From Octopus bimaculoides (Eukaryota), in assembly GCF_001194135.2 (NCBI RefSeq), contig NC_069002.1, forward strand, positions 36,928,886 through 36,992,885: a stretch of DNA of 64,000 nt, written 5' to 3'. The stretch's first letter is position 1; each line of letters starts with the position of its first letter. Made by a program: the position numbers and the translations under genes. Below the pieces are notes generated by a model, which worked only from the letters and a program-made list of their open reading frames with translations, was not told the origin of the DNA and ran no database searches. This document shows positions 51,357 through 64,000 of the stretch, in pieces.

Positions 51357-53245
51357 GTGTCTACATATATATATATAGAGAGAGAGAGTATATAATAGAC
51401 AAATAGCATTTAAGTTTGCAACAATTGTTTCACTAGAAATTTATTTAATGTAATCTTGATGGAGCAGATTGCATCCTATTAATTATATTTCCAGCATCAT
51501 TAAGCATTACATAAACTTAGTCCAACATACATTCATTCGCCAGCATATATATATATATATATATGCTTTATTTGTATATTAAGGCTACCATTGGTTTCAT
51601 GTTAATCCAAAATGGAGACGAATGTCATTCCTCCATGTGATTGGCAAGAAAAATATTCTTGATGATGATGACAATGACGACAACGACGATACTGATGATG
51701 ATGATAATGATGATTGATGATGATGACAATGACAATGATGTCAGTGATGATTCATCCATTACATCTGATGAAACTCTGCAGATTTTTTTCTGTTTCAGCT
51801 CTGCTACTCATTAGAAGTTCTGAAAGAACCAGTGGTCAAGCGACATTTTCTCCCCCCCTCATCACTACCCCTTGTGAAGTGTCTTTGTACTTCACATGTC
51901 TTTTTTTTTTATTCTTCAATATTTATTAGAAATAAAGCTATGATAGTGGAGCACCGCAGAAACCAGTAATCGATAGATGACCTCATTTTTTTCCTTAGTG
52001 TTTCCAGATGATGTTGACATCAGCTGACTTCAAAAACATTCTTATTTAACAATATCCACTCAATTATATCAGTTATTTCTGATTTTTATCTTCAAGTCTC
52101 TACTTATAATATTGGCAATACATTACTTCCAAAGTAATCATCTCTATTACCAACCATCACCCAACTGACATGGTTCAATATTATTATTATTATCATGTAT
52201 GTTTGTCTAGATTTCATTTCAGATTGTCCTGGCATCATGTTGCTGTTGTGATATTGTTTAGATCCAAGTTGATCATGATTGAGTGGACCTATGATCAAAA
52301 GTGTACCAGATATGGCCATCCCGTTTCCTCTCTATGCACAACACAATATTGCCGATTGATGAGGTGTGATAAGACTGAAACATGCCCAGAGTTGACACAC
52401 TACAGCTGAGGGTTGGATGCACTCAACACTGCATTCTATATTTGATTTTATTCCATGTTCTCTTCTTGCCTCTCTGCTTCCTGACACACATATGTACACA
52501 CACACACATGTACTCATTCTACATAAACACAAGTAGATATATATATATATATGAACATACACACACACACACACACATGAACATACATACATACATACAG
52601 GCATGTGTTTGTACATTTAGACATACATAAAAAAATATACAGACATACATAATTCTTATTGGTCCAGCACAGACACACACACACCTACACATCTGGATAT
52701 GATGTGTGGTCAACATAGATAATCAAAGCAGATATCTGTCATGTTCTGTTGAAAACAAGGCAGGTGTAACAGATACCATCGCTTCGTTGTGTCTGAAGAA
52801 AATTACACATCTCCACTCCCATAACCTAACACTGCAGATTCGATACGCTGCATATCTAAGAGAACATCTCACACATTTTAAGAAGCAACAAACACTCTTC
52901 ACTTACGTTTCACAAAAGAAATTCTATAAACGTGACATACATCCTGTTATTCTTTTAATGGTTTCAGTTATTAGGCTACAACCTGGCTACAATACAACCT
53001 TTGAGGGTCTGCTCAATCATACTGGCCCTAAACTCTGCCCTCCTCCAGTCTGGAACGTATTTTATCCATCTCTATTTGTGAAGCTGCTAAGTCACAGGAT
53101 AGAAACAGACAGAATGTAAACAACATCACTTTTTAGACTGGTCTAAGCATAAATAGGCTTTGGTCAAGTGAGGGGCTGCGAAACCAACATGGTTGGGATA
53201 TGTACTTTGTAACCACACAGCCGTGCTTACATCCCTCTCCTAGAT

Positions 53246-53291
<46 letters not shown>

Positions 53292-53979
53292 GCTTAAACC
53301 TAGTAACCAGTTAATCTAGCAAGTGGGGTCTCATTTCAGTGAAGGAAACCAGTGCACAATGATGCCATCGAGGGGAAGGCCCTGAATTGGCAGGCATTTT
53401 CTCCTGATGACCCCATAAACTTGCTAACATCTGGTATGTGAAGCTTTCAACTGACAGCACTTTTATCTGCAAGTTGTTAGCAAAAAATCCAAAATAAATG
53501 TGCGTGTGTGTGTCTTTGTCCCCCACCACTGCTTGACAACCAGTGTTAGTGTGTTTACATCCCCATAACTTGGCAGTTGAGCAAAAGAGACTGATAGAAT
53601 AAGTACCAGGCTTTGAAAAAAAGGTATTGGAGTTGATTCATTCAACTAAAAGTTCTTAGAGATGGTGCTACAGTATGGCCACAGTCTAATGACTGAAACA
53701 AGTAAACAATAAAAACAAACTGGTAAATATTTACACAAACTTAAAAATAAAAGAAAGTAACAAAACAAATCATAGTTCTGAAGCATTCTTTCAGAAGATC
53801 AGGACTAATGTTTGAAAATCAGAACATATAGAAAAAAAAAAAAACAGGACAACTAGACATACTGCCATCCTGGCTTTTCTTTTACCAAACAGAAGACCTA
53901 AAACCACATTATTCAATCTGTCCTTCATTTTATTAAGAAAACAGTGAAATATGAAGAAGATTTGGCTGCCATTTCTCAC

Positions 53980-53993
53980 AGGTCAAGTGACCT
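53980..53993. promoter_or_regulatory. Perfect IR2 nuclear-receptor response element
   Basis: AGGTCA-AG-TGACCT in non-repetitive sequence about 11.5 kb upstream of the first NR1J coding exon. Function is untested. Confidence 0.35.
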
Positions 53994-55584
53994 CGTAGAT
54001 AGCTGCCTGCTGGTTTGAGTAGCAACAGTGGTAGCAGCAGCAGCAGCAGCAGCAGTCAGTGACAGCAGCCTCATTTGTGATCATAGCAACAGCTGTAATG
54101 TCAAAACTGTAAACGTCTGCTAAACTTGGAACTGTTTTTGTGGTGCCAGTGCTAAGCTGTGATTTCATGGAATGACATACATGGCAGATAAACCTTCCCT
54201 TGGATAGAACCGGTGAACTAGAATTTCCTGTCTTTACACGACTACAATGCAATCTCAAATAAAATGGAAGCTCCACTATTTAACTTTTATCCTTCCTTTC
54301 CTTGTTTCAGTCATTCGACTGTGGCCATGCTGGGGCACCACCTTGAAAAGTTTTAGTTGAACAAATCAATCCCAGGGCTTATCTGTTTTAAGCTTAGTAT
54401 TTATTCTATCAGTCTTTTTTGCCAAACTGCTAAGTTACAAGGATGTAAACACACCAACCCCAGTGTTGTTCATTTCCAAACTGCCATGAAAACATTTCCA
54501 GCCAAAAGACAGAAACTGAAAGGAGCCGTTTTCCTTGCTGGTATGGGTTGAACAGTTTGACAGGAGCTGGCCAGCCGATGAGCTATCCAGGCTCCAATTG
54601 TCTGTTTTGGTATGTTTTCTATGGCTGGATGCCCTTCCTAATGCCAACCATTTTACAGAGTGTGCTGGGTGCTCTTTATGTGCAACCAGCTAGGGTGCAT
54701 CCACGTAGCACCAGCACTGGTGCATTTTATGTGGCACCAACCTGTAAAGAACAAACCTGTATGTATGGATGACAACGATTTTACTTGTCGTGTGTGTGCG
54801 TGTATGTTTGTCCCCCCACTACTGCTTCACAACCGGTGTTGGTGTGTTTACATTCCCATAAATGAACAGTTCAGCAAAAGAGACCAACAGAAGAAGTGTC
54901 AGGTTTTACACAAAAAAATAACGTTTTATATGTTTTTCTAAAAGTCTTGAAGGCGATGTTCCAGCATGGCCACAGTCTAATGGCTGAAACAAGTAAAAGG
55001 TACGCATCCTTTTACTGCTTCGCAGTAATCTTTCCGGCTCTGATGCTCTGAATTCACATCTCACCGAGGTCAACTTCCTCTTAAATCCCTTCAAGTTTCA
55101 TAAATAAAGTACAAGTTATTTACTGGGATCAATTCTTCTCTCTCTCTCTCTCTCTCTTCCATAGTCAGACCTGAGAGGCTGCACCTTTCCGGGTCAGTGG
55201 TCAGGCTTTGAGAATGATGGGCTCTGCCCAGTCTAAAAAGTGTCGCTACCCCTCTGCCAGCCCCTGGGAAATTTAACAAAGAGCTTGGCTGGAAATTCTA
55301 AAGGTGTTACTGACTATGAGAGACACCTGACAGAGGCCAGAGGGCATAACGGATGAAATGCTGTGTCTATCGCAACCAAGAGGAGGACATTGTTCCGAAT
55401 ATATCAACATACAATAATAATGATTCCATATCTCAGAAATTCAGGCAAAGTGTGTGTGTCTGTGTGTGTATAAACATATATACACATATGCACACATCTG
55501 TCTATCTATATATATATATATGTTATTTATATATATATATATATATGTGTGTGTGTATATAATATATATATATATATATATTAT

Positions 55585-55617
<33 letters not shown>

Positions 55618-55634
55618 GATAGACAGATGTGTGC

Positions 55635-55680
<46 letters not shown>

Positions 55681-56771
55681 AACATACAGAGGACAAATTT
55701 AAACATATTCATGTCGGAAAAAATACTGTAAAGAAATAGTGTACACACACAGACACACACACTCATACACATATGCAGATACACACATATACGCACACAC
55801 GTCTGTATAGACACACACACATACTGTTTCTGTTATTGCCAGCAACAACTTCCCATCACCTCTCTCCTTAATACCACCATCACCATCACCATCACCACTA
55901 CATATATCAATGCCAGTATTATTAGCTGAAGCAAACCTCTTTTCTCAACAACCAGACTACTACTACCAATATTAGTTACAACGATGGTGGTGCTGACGAC
56001 GACAACGATGATGGTGATGATAGTGGTGGTGGTGGTGGTGGTGGTGGTGGTGTTGGTGGCAGTGACAGTGGTGGTAGAAGTAGAAGTGGTTGTAATTTAT
56101 AGAAAGGTGTTTGGAAATCAATGTATTAAGAGTCAATGAACTTGAGGTGTTAACTGTGTGAAGTAAGCAGTGCACAACATGTCTAAGTGAATACACACAC
56201 ATATCCACAATGCAGATACACAGTCTCTTACACACAGACACAGAGCCTCACACACACAGCAACACACACACACACACACACACTTGTGCACATTAGGGCT
56301 AATAGAACCATGATAACAACAATAACAGAAGCAGCATAAATGTTAACATCGACAATGAACAGGTAATTAGAGTTAGTTGGTTGATATAGAATGGGTAAAA
56401 TGGCAGCGGGCGGGGGGATGAAAACAAAACAAAAACACCATCTGTTGAAGATGGCTTCATTTGAAATAAAGAGTTAATGGAAATTAACCATGAATTAATT
56501 AAAAAAAAAAAAAACTACACTGAGAACGAAAGAGAATCTACTCCCACTGCTGCCACCGTTTCACTGGGATGGGAATCATACCATTACTCAGACTTATGCC
56601 AGGATCTGGAGAAAGCATATTACTGAGACCATATTGAGTTAAAGAAACTTACACCCATTATATTAGAACAACACTATGTAGCAAAGAAAACTACCCACAC
56701 TATCCTGGGAGGATTACCCATACAACACAAGAGGTCAAAACCTATTATCCTGGTGGGCAAATAGAACTACA

Positions 56772-56946
56772 TACTTTATTGTGTCTGGAAAGAGTCATTC
56801 CCTTTCAATGCCTCATTACTCAACACACTCACCAGTTCGATTTCCACTCATTTACTTATTCATTTATATAGAAAAAAATAAATAAGTAAATGAGTGGAAA
56901 TTGAACAGGTATTAAAAGAGAACGACTCTCCCCAGACAATAAAATA
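56772..56946. repeat. Foldback element with about 21 extra nt in the left arm
   Basis: TTTCCACTCATTTACTTATT / AATAAGTAAATGAGTGGAAA and GTCTGGAAAGAGTC / GACTCTCCCCAGAC. Confidence 0.8.
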
Positions 56947-58093
56947 TACTTCAACACACAAATTCACATAAAGAATCTTGCAAACCAAATACAAAAACGA
57001 AATAATTACATACATTACATTACAAAATAAAAATCTGTTTACACTCCTCTAGAGGTCAAAGAAAATTAACCCACAATGTACCGGGAATGGAAGGGCATTG
57101 CCCACAAATAACTGGAAACCAAAACTAATTAGTCTCACCATTATGTATACAAGAGTTGTACCAATGAACAACAGAACTAAAATATATTGTGGCAACTAAA
57201 AACAGAAAACAGATATCTGCTGCACCCAAATTGATATTCATTACTAAATGGCAAAATCTGTCTAAATAAAAATAAATGTTAATTATACTGCCATTATAAC
57301 AGATTCTAAGAAAAACAAAATTCTAAACCAGTTCCTGCCTGAAAAAATATGTAAGTAATAAAATGAAATTCAGGAAATAAATTAGAAATATCCCAGCTCA
57401 TGAGTATTTTTTTCAATATATTTATCAAACTAAATTGATTACTAGTGGATTTTAAAAGTGAAAATAAATATTATATCCATTTTTCTGCTACAAAGCAAGT
57501 TTTGAAGGTAACTCCTGCAACATACTTTAAAAAAAAAATCAAGAAAAGTTATCAAACGAAATACTTGTAATTTATTTCACTTCAAGTTAAAATTCAGCAA
57601 CATCTTAAAAATAATTAAATGTCTAAATGTCTATAGTTAATAAGATTACAATTTTTTGAAACAAATATCTCAACTTTTGAAATGAAAAAAAATGTTCTTT
57701 CTATTTTTACATCTTTGCAACATTCCAATCACCACTGGGGGTCTTATTCCTGGATACACATGTAATTCCCAGCAGAAATCAAACTAAGGACCCTGCTTTA
57801 CGGGTAATTAAAAGTATTTTTTTTATCTAGTTAGTCCACTAATACAGATCAAACTGATCAAAATGTAGCTTTTGTAAAAAGAATTTTCCTCTCTAAAGAT
57901 GAAGTTAATACACAAAGAAATTATATCTTAAACTAAAATGGTGCTTCCAAGTATGTCTTTTTTTTTAATTCTTTAGTCAGAAGAGAAGGGCAGTACCCTT
58001 CATAGCCCTTTACAAAGTCTCTGAGATTGGTGGGAGGGAGAGAGGAGGAAGGGATACTCAAACTGAAGACTTGGCCTCAATACATGCAACAGG

Positions 58094-58334
58094 GTGGACT
58101 CTGCTATAGGAACCCAAAGACCAGAGGGTGGTGTTAAACATAGTGGACTCTGTTAAAGGTATCCAAAGACCAGGTGGTGGTGATAAGCAGGGAGACATTT
58201 TGAGTCTACCACTCATGTATGCCACAATGGGTTTTGAACTCAGAACGCAAAGCACTGGGATACCACAAGGTATCCCATCTGGTGGCCTAACAGTTCCATC
58301 AGATGGGATACCTTGTAAAAAGCACTGGTAGACT
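58094..58334. repeat. Composite direct plus inverted repeat with a perfect 17-bp hairpin
   Basis: A 40-bp direct repeat (58094-58133 and 58143-58182), a perfect stem 58265-58281 / 58300-58316, and outer AGTCTACCA / TGGTAGACT (58203-58211 / 58326-58334). Confidence 0.85.
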
Positions 58335-61300
58335 AGTATTTTATTTACCAAACCTAGAACAACAAAAAGCAATGATGACTACAACGCGATTTGAACTCAA
58401 AATGCAAGAAGCACAAGTAAACACTACAAGGCTTTTGTCTGATGATCACATGACCGTCAATTCATAAGGAAACTATTTAAAAGAGAACAGGGCCTGATGT
58501 AACACCCCTTCAACTTGATATCTCCATACACTCTTCAAACACACTGATATACTGAATCTTTATTGAAATCTAATGAAGATCAATCAAAAATTAACACTTC
58601 ATTTCAATTTTCAATGATGTCTTTGAATTATTAATGATGAAAGAATAATAAAGAAAGTATTTAGTGAAACTTAACCAGAAGAGCTTTGAAGTTTCAAATG
58701 GAATTTGAAAGAAAGACTACAGTGTGTCTCATAATCTACTCTTGATTATGGACCTTCCTGTAGCGTATGCAGGATGTCTGCTTAGTGAAGTCCTCTGCCT
58801 TTCTATTGTCATACTACAGCCAACCAAGGAGACATTCAGAATCAGTTTTAATAAGTGCTTCCTATTTACAGCTAGGTGGACTGAGCCATTGTGAAATCAA
58901 GTGCTTCATCTAGAAACAGGTTACTAATTAATGACCAATAGTTCAATTGGTCACCTAATGTCCTTCCTGTCAAGTCAACAACTGTGAGTGACTCCCTAGA
59001 AAATGTTTTGTCTTCTGAAAGACTGATAAAATACATTTTTAATTACATGTGCTCCAGTATGGCCACAGTCCAATAACTAAAGTAAAAGAATAAAAGAATA
59101 AGACATAAACTGTCTGGTTAAGACAGTCTCTTCCTTTTTCTTTATTAATGAATTCCACCTGAATGAGGGAGGTGAGACACGGCAAGAGTAGGGGGGGAGG
59201 TTTTAGAAAGAGAAATGGGTTAGGGTTAGGGTTAGCTGGATGAAAGGAAGAAGTGATGAAGGGAACTGGTTTAAAAGAGCCAATGCCATTGTAATAACAA
59301 CAGAGAAAGTAAACAAAGCAGACACTGTGTGTGTGTGTGTGTGTGCATAGGTTTCTGTGTATATGTGTATATTTGTGTGTGTGTGAGTATGTGTGTGAGT
59401 GCATTAGAGTGTGTGAGAGAGAGAGAACTTGGGATGGCAATATCTTACTCTAGAAACACAACAGATTATCAGAGACAGAGAAGACAACGAATGGTTTACT
59501 GAAGATGTTATGATTCCATAAACGACATAGTAAGCCATATTGACAGGGCATTGGCCAGTCAACAGGCCGGTGGTTCATATCCTGTCACCAACACTGCACT
59601 GGGGCCAAAGACAAGAGACCAAATTATCAACTAGAGTAATTCTAACTGTGAACAAATACCACCAGTGATAAGCCAAACAAAGGGATAGTTACATGGTCAT
59701 TTGGTCTGCTAGAAATAGGAGCTAAATCTCCCTTAAATCACCCTCTGCCATCTTAAAGAAAAGTGAAACACATTGAATTATGTGAGCCTTATAAACTATA
59801 CCTGAAAAAGAAAAAAAAGAAACAAGATGCTCAAAACAGAGACGGCTTTGATTATAGATCTGTTCATTCAGATCTATAGCAACAACAACAACAAACTGTA
59901 AGCCAGTAGTGGTGTCCCTATGTGAGCCTATAGGTGATACAGAAAATTCATGGTTATACATCATTACACACAATGTCTAGTCAATGCTGTTTGTGCAACA
60001 TGTACAAACTTGCTGACATCCGATTAAGTAGATAGATATCTTCATAAAAGACTGGGGTTTCATATGAACACTGATGTCCAAGTGTATAATGCTTATGTGA
60101 TTATTTATTTATATATAAATACTTGTGTGTATGTGTGTGTGTGTGTGAATGTGTGTGTGTGTGTGTGTGTGTGTGTGGTAACCAGAGAGACATAAACTTA
60201 AAAAATATGCTTCCCAACCATATGGTTCCTTCTCTGTTGAACTGCTAAGTTACAGGGACATAAACAAACTAACACAAGTTGTCAAGTGGTGGTGGAAGGA
60301 CAAACACATACAACAGGCTTCTTTCAGTTGCCATCTACCAAATATATTCAAACGTTTTAGTTGGTTTGGGGCTCGAGTAAAAGACACTTGCCCAAGGTGT
60401 CATTCAGTGGGACTGAACCTAAGACCGTATGGTTCTGAAGCAAGCTTCTCAACCACACAACCAAAAGTAAAACTAATTATCACCAAGATGTTTGCAAGTA
60501 ATGAAGTTTTAATTTATATTACAGATTATTATATATGAAATATTTCATTATGCTCTCCTCTTCTGTTTGGTATTTCATATAACACTGGGCAATCAATCAA
60601 TATTTTAAAAATTTATGAAATTGTTATCTAGAAAAGAAGAAAAAAAGCCCAAAATTGTTGCATATCTAGCAATGGGCAGACATTCAGGAAGATATAAACC
60701 CATTTAAATGTATCTGTTGGTGTTGTGCAGGTAGTTTTGTCTTAATTTCATCACAGAGTGGGGTTCAAAACATTTGGCAACATCAGCCATCACCAACCTC
60801 ACAATTCTTCAAACTGACTGCATGATTCTTCATTTTTGTGTTGAATTTAATGTAGCAATGGTATACACATGCATTTGCCAGCAACAGATATTGACAATAA
60901 GAAGTTAGTTGCAGAAAAATCTAGATCTAATTGCAAGACATAGCCCCTGGATCATATCGGAGATAATTGTCTGCATGTGCAAGCTCCGTGAGTCAGAGTG
61001 GCTGTTCCAATGCATCTCCCACACCGTTCCACTGGGGTAACACCTTCTCCATTTTGTCGGCTGGGACCATGAGGCAGTCTGAATTACAGGAAATTGTATG
61101 TTCCATTTCTTAATGTAAAGTTACTTCATATAAATTGCAGTTTCTTAATCATTTTCCCAAATATAGAACACACTCTTAATTTTCCATGTTCAAGGTTATT
61201 GTGTTTTCACTTTAGGAAATTGTAAAATAGAATAACTACCACTTTCACCATCATCCAATCTCTCACTACCACTACTCTTCCAATGTAAAAAAAAAAAGAA

Positions 61301-63416
61301 AAAGAAAAAAGAAGAGAAAGGCTAACACAGATGAATTTTATTGAATCAACGGCAAATATCACTAGATGCTGAGCAAATGAACAGACAACAAACTGACAAT
61401 GACCAGATTCAACCAGTTCAGTTTGCAAACTACTATTATCATCTGTAGTTGCGGCATTGACGGACGAGATATTTCAGCTAATAAAAGACCAGTGCAATTA
61501 AAACCCAGGTCAGATACTCAAAGTGCATCATGCAATCAGGATATCTGGTATGGATGGGTAGCATTGGTCTGGCATACTTGCCTGACTGGATCAAGATGGT
61601 CACAGAAAAACATCCAGGTTCATCAACAATTTTGCAGGAATCATAGAAACTGGTCTAAAGAGAACAAGTTGAAAGTCACGATTAGAGATGAAAGATCCAG
61701 GAAGCAATTTGCATCTCAGTTTTTTCATTTGTTATCCATCAACTCAAAAGTACAATCCAAGGAATACACTTATATGACAAGAGGTTAGCAATGCTCACTC
61801 CATAGGAGGGAGTTGTTTCTGAAGAGGGAAGAGCTGGGATTTCAATAATGCCCACAATGTACAACCATAAACTTTAAAATCAAACAGGAAATTCCAAAGA
61901 ACAAGTGGTCTCTTCACTCATATAATCCTCCAAGAGGATAGGGCATCCTGCAAATCTGCAAAATGCATGAAAGACTGATTTAGAGCTAATGATAATACCT
62001 GTATTGAGTAAATGACCAGGATTATCTCCTAATCCAGACCCTGCACAAAATGCATGGGATCCTATAAGAAACAAAATTTAAAAGAGATGGTATTGCAACA
62101 AAGGAGATAACCACAGCTTACTGCCAAAATGTGTCCCAAAACATATGTGATGATAGTGTTATATAAGAAACAAAAGGGCCATACCAAAAAGGGCCATACC
62201 AAATAGCAAGCAATATAACATTGATATTTGTAGAGTGTTTTCAAGTTATCTACTTTAGATTTTTCATCACCACCATCAACTTTTGTTTAAAACACAACTT
62301 TTACATGATTATAGTGATTGAATGTGATATATTCTTTTACTTGTTTCAATCACTGGATTATGGCCATGCTGGGGCACCACTGTGAAGGGTTGAGTTCAAC
62401 TTGACCCCCCCCAGTAAGTATTTTTTACTTTTTTTTTTAAGACAGGTATTCATTCAATCAAACATTTTTGCTGATCTGCTAAATTACAAGGCTGTAAAGA
62501 AACCAACACCGGCTGTCAAGTGGTGTGGGAACAAAACGGACATTGGTCAAGCTGGGGTTGTAGAAGAAGAAGAAGGTGTCACATAGCAGGATTGAACCCC
62601 AAAACCATGTGGTTGGGAAGTGGACTCTTAAACACACAGCTATGTGTGCAGCTGAACACATCCCTGCATATGGCTGACTGTTAGAGACCTTCCCCAATTC
62701 ATGACACTGAAGCGTTTGATGCTCAAACTGAACATCTGCAGAAAAACTATCGAGTGGGGTGACATAAAAGAGGATCTTCTTTGAATGCTTGCAGTAAAGT
62801 GAATCCTGTCCAAGGCACCCAACAACTACCAGATGGTGGTACCAAACTGTGAAAATGATAATCCGACAACTTGAATCAAAGGTTGATAATTACAAAGAGG
62901 AAATTGACATTATATACTTGGCAATATTCTAGATAGCAATAAACAATAAGGTTAGTTATAAAAGAAAAAGGAAACAGGATATTATAATATTCATGATTTT
63001 CCCAAAAGCAACCTAAAACAATCAATCTATTGCAAAACACCCACACACACACTTGTATTCATGCCCTTCCTCAACAACAGTTTAAGCCAAAAACTGAGAC
63101 CAATATGTTTTAAAACGACAAAATATATAGATATATAGATGACATTTGATTGTGTGCTTGGTATAAACCAGATTTGAATAACTGTGAAATCTATAATAAT
63201 GATAATAATAAAAACTTCTTTATTTGCGACCAGGACGAAGGATGAAGGGGGACAATACATGATCCAGACAATGCAAGCAAAATAATTATTAAATAAAATT
63301 TTGAATGAAAAGGTTGTAACCAGCCAAAACACTTGATTGAACACTTACAAATTATGGAGCTCCAACTTAGTACGTCTTCCTAGGATGGTGACCATAATAA
63401 AAATGATAATAATTAT

Positions 63417-64000
63417 GTCTGGACGATTAGCCTGGATTGTTCTGTCAGTTTTGAGTAGAAAATCCCAGAGGAAAGTGATATTTTTACCTTCAAAGAGTGG
63501 CTCAGGAGTTCCGATGTTGTAGTGTTTACATATTTTCCAATGTAAATACTGTCCTACCCTATCATGGCGATTATTGTATTCGTTTGGTGTCAGCACAGGA
63601 CATCCTGAGACAAGACGGTCTATTGTCTCATCAAATGTGTCACAGAATCTGCATTTAGGGTCAGAACTGTTTTGAAGAATGTTAACCTGGTAGTTTTTGG
63701 TAAGCAAGCTTTGATCTTGTGCTGCCAACATGAAACCTTCAGTCTCTGCTTTCAATCCTGAACTTCTCAGCCACTGATGGGTTCTTACTCGATCTACATC
63801 AGCATTTCGACGTTCAAGCATATACTGTCTAAGAGAGGCTTCTGGTTCTCCACCACAACTCAGTTTGTTTTTGCCCATTCTTTTTTGCAATCTGCTTCAT
63901 CCATTTTGCTTGTTTTGTGGCAGTGGCTTCAGGTTCTTCATGTAATTTAAGATTAATGCCAAGTTCCCTTGCAAAGTAATGCACTGTTTACCTTGATATG
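63417..64000 (-). mobile_element. R4/Dong-like non-LTR retrotransposon fragment (zinc knuckle plus restriction-like endonuclease region), running off the window end
   Basis: THQWLRSSGLKAETEGFMLAAQDQSL...CRFCDTFDETIDRLVSGC...RHDRVGQYLHW...LWDF...RPD contains the CCHC-type knuckle (H replaced by R), RHD and RPD motifs. It is truncated at RPD into an ATT-rich tract, with a frameshift upstream. Confidence 0.85.

Noticed and set aside
53983-54276. 97-aa ORF with [11 protein letters not shown] as a metal-binding protein
   Set aside because: The Cys run is just a (CAG/CTG)n microsatellite and there is no recognisable domain. At most it is a uORF.
60680-62060. Possible degenerate membrane-protein or transposase pseudogene in unique sequence
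   Set aside because: All frames inspected have frequent stops and no motif could be recognised. It would need tBLASTn or HMM searches.

Overview
AT-rich, microsatellite-dense animal genomic DNA with 14 N-gaps. The SINE/RTE repeat families and the repeat density suggest a cephalopod, most likely Octopus (inferred from memory, not from a search). One intact protein-coding gene is present, on the minus strand: a nuclear receptor of the NR1J (HR96/DAF-12-like) group, identified by its ESCKA P-box. It has three coding exons, join(42408..42097, 40621..40504, 38184..37241), about 457 aa from the first in-frame ATG. The supplied ORF track labels its first exon (42073..42468) as '+', but the sequence shows it is '-'. 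The rest of the window is simple repeats and decayed transposons: tRNA-derived SINEs, RTE LINE pieces, Penelope-like pieces, an R4/Dong-like RLE LINE, Tc1/mariner remnants, MITEs and a Helitron. The most notable non-coding observations are a minimal hammerhead ribozyme in a Penelope-like remnant downstream of the gene, a cluster of long foldbacks, a TGTGATAAA-rich degenerate satellite just upstream of the first coding exon, and two perfect nuclear-receptor response elements (DR1 and IR2). There is no evidence for CRISPR, rRNA or bona fide tRNA genes.
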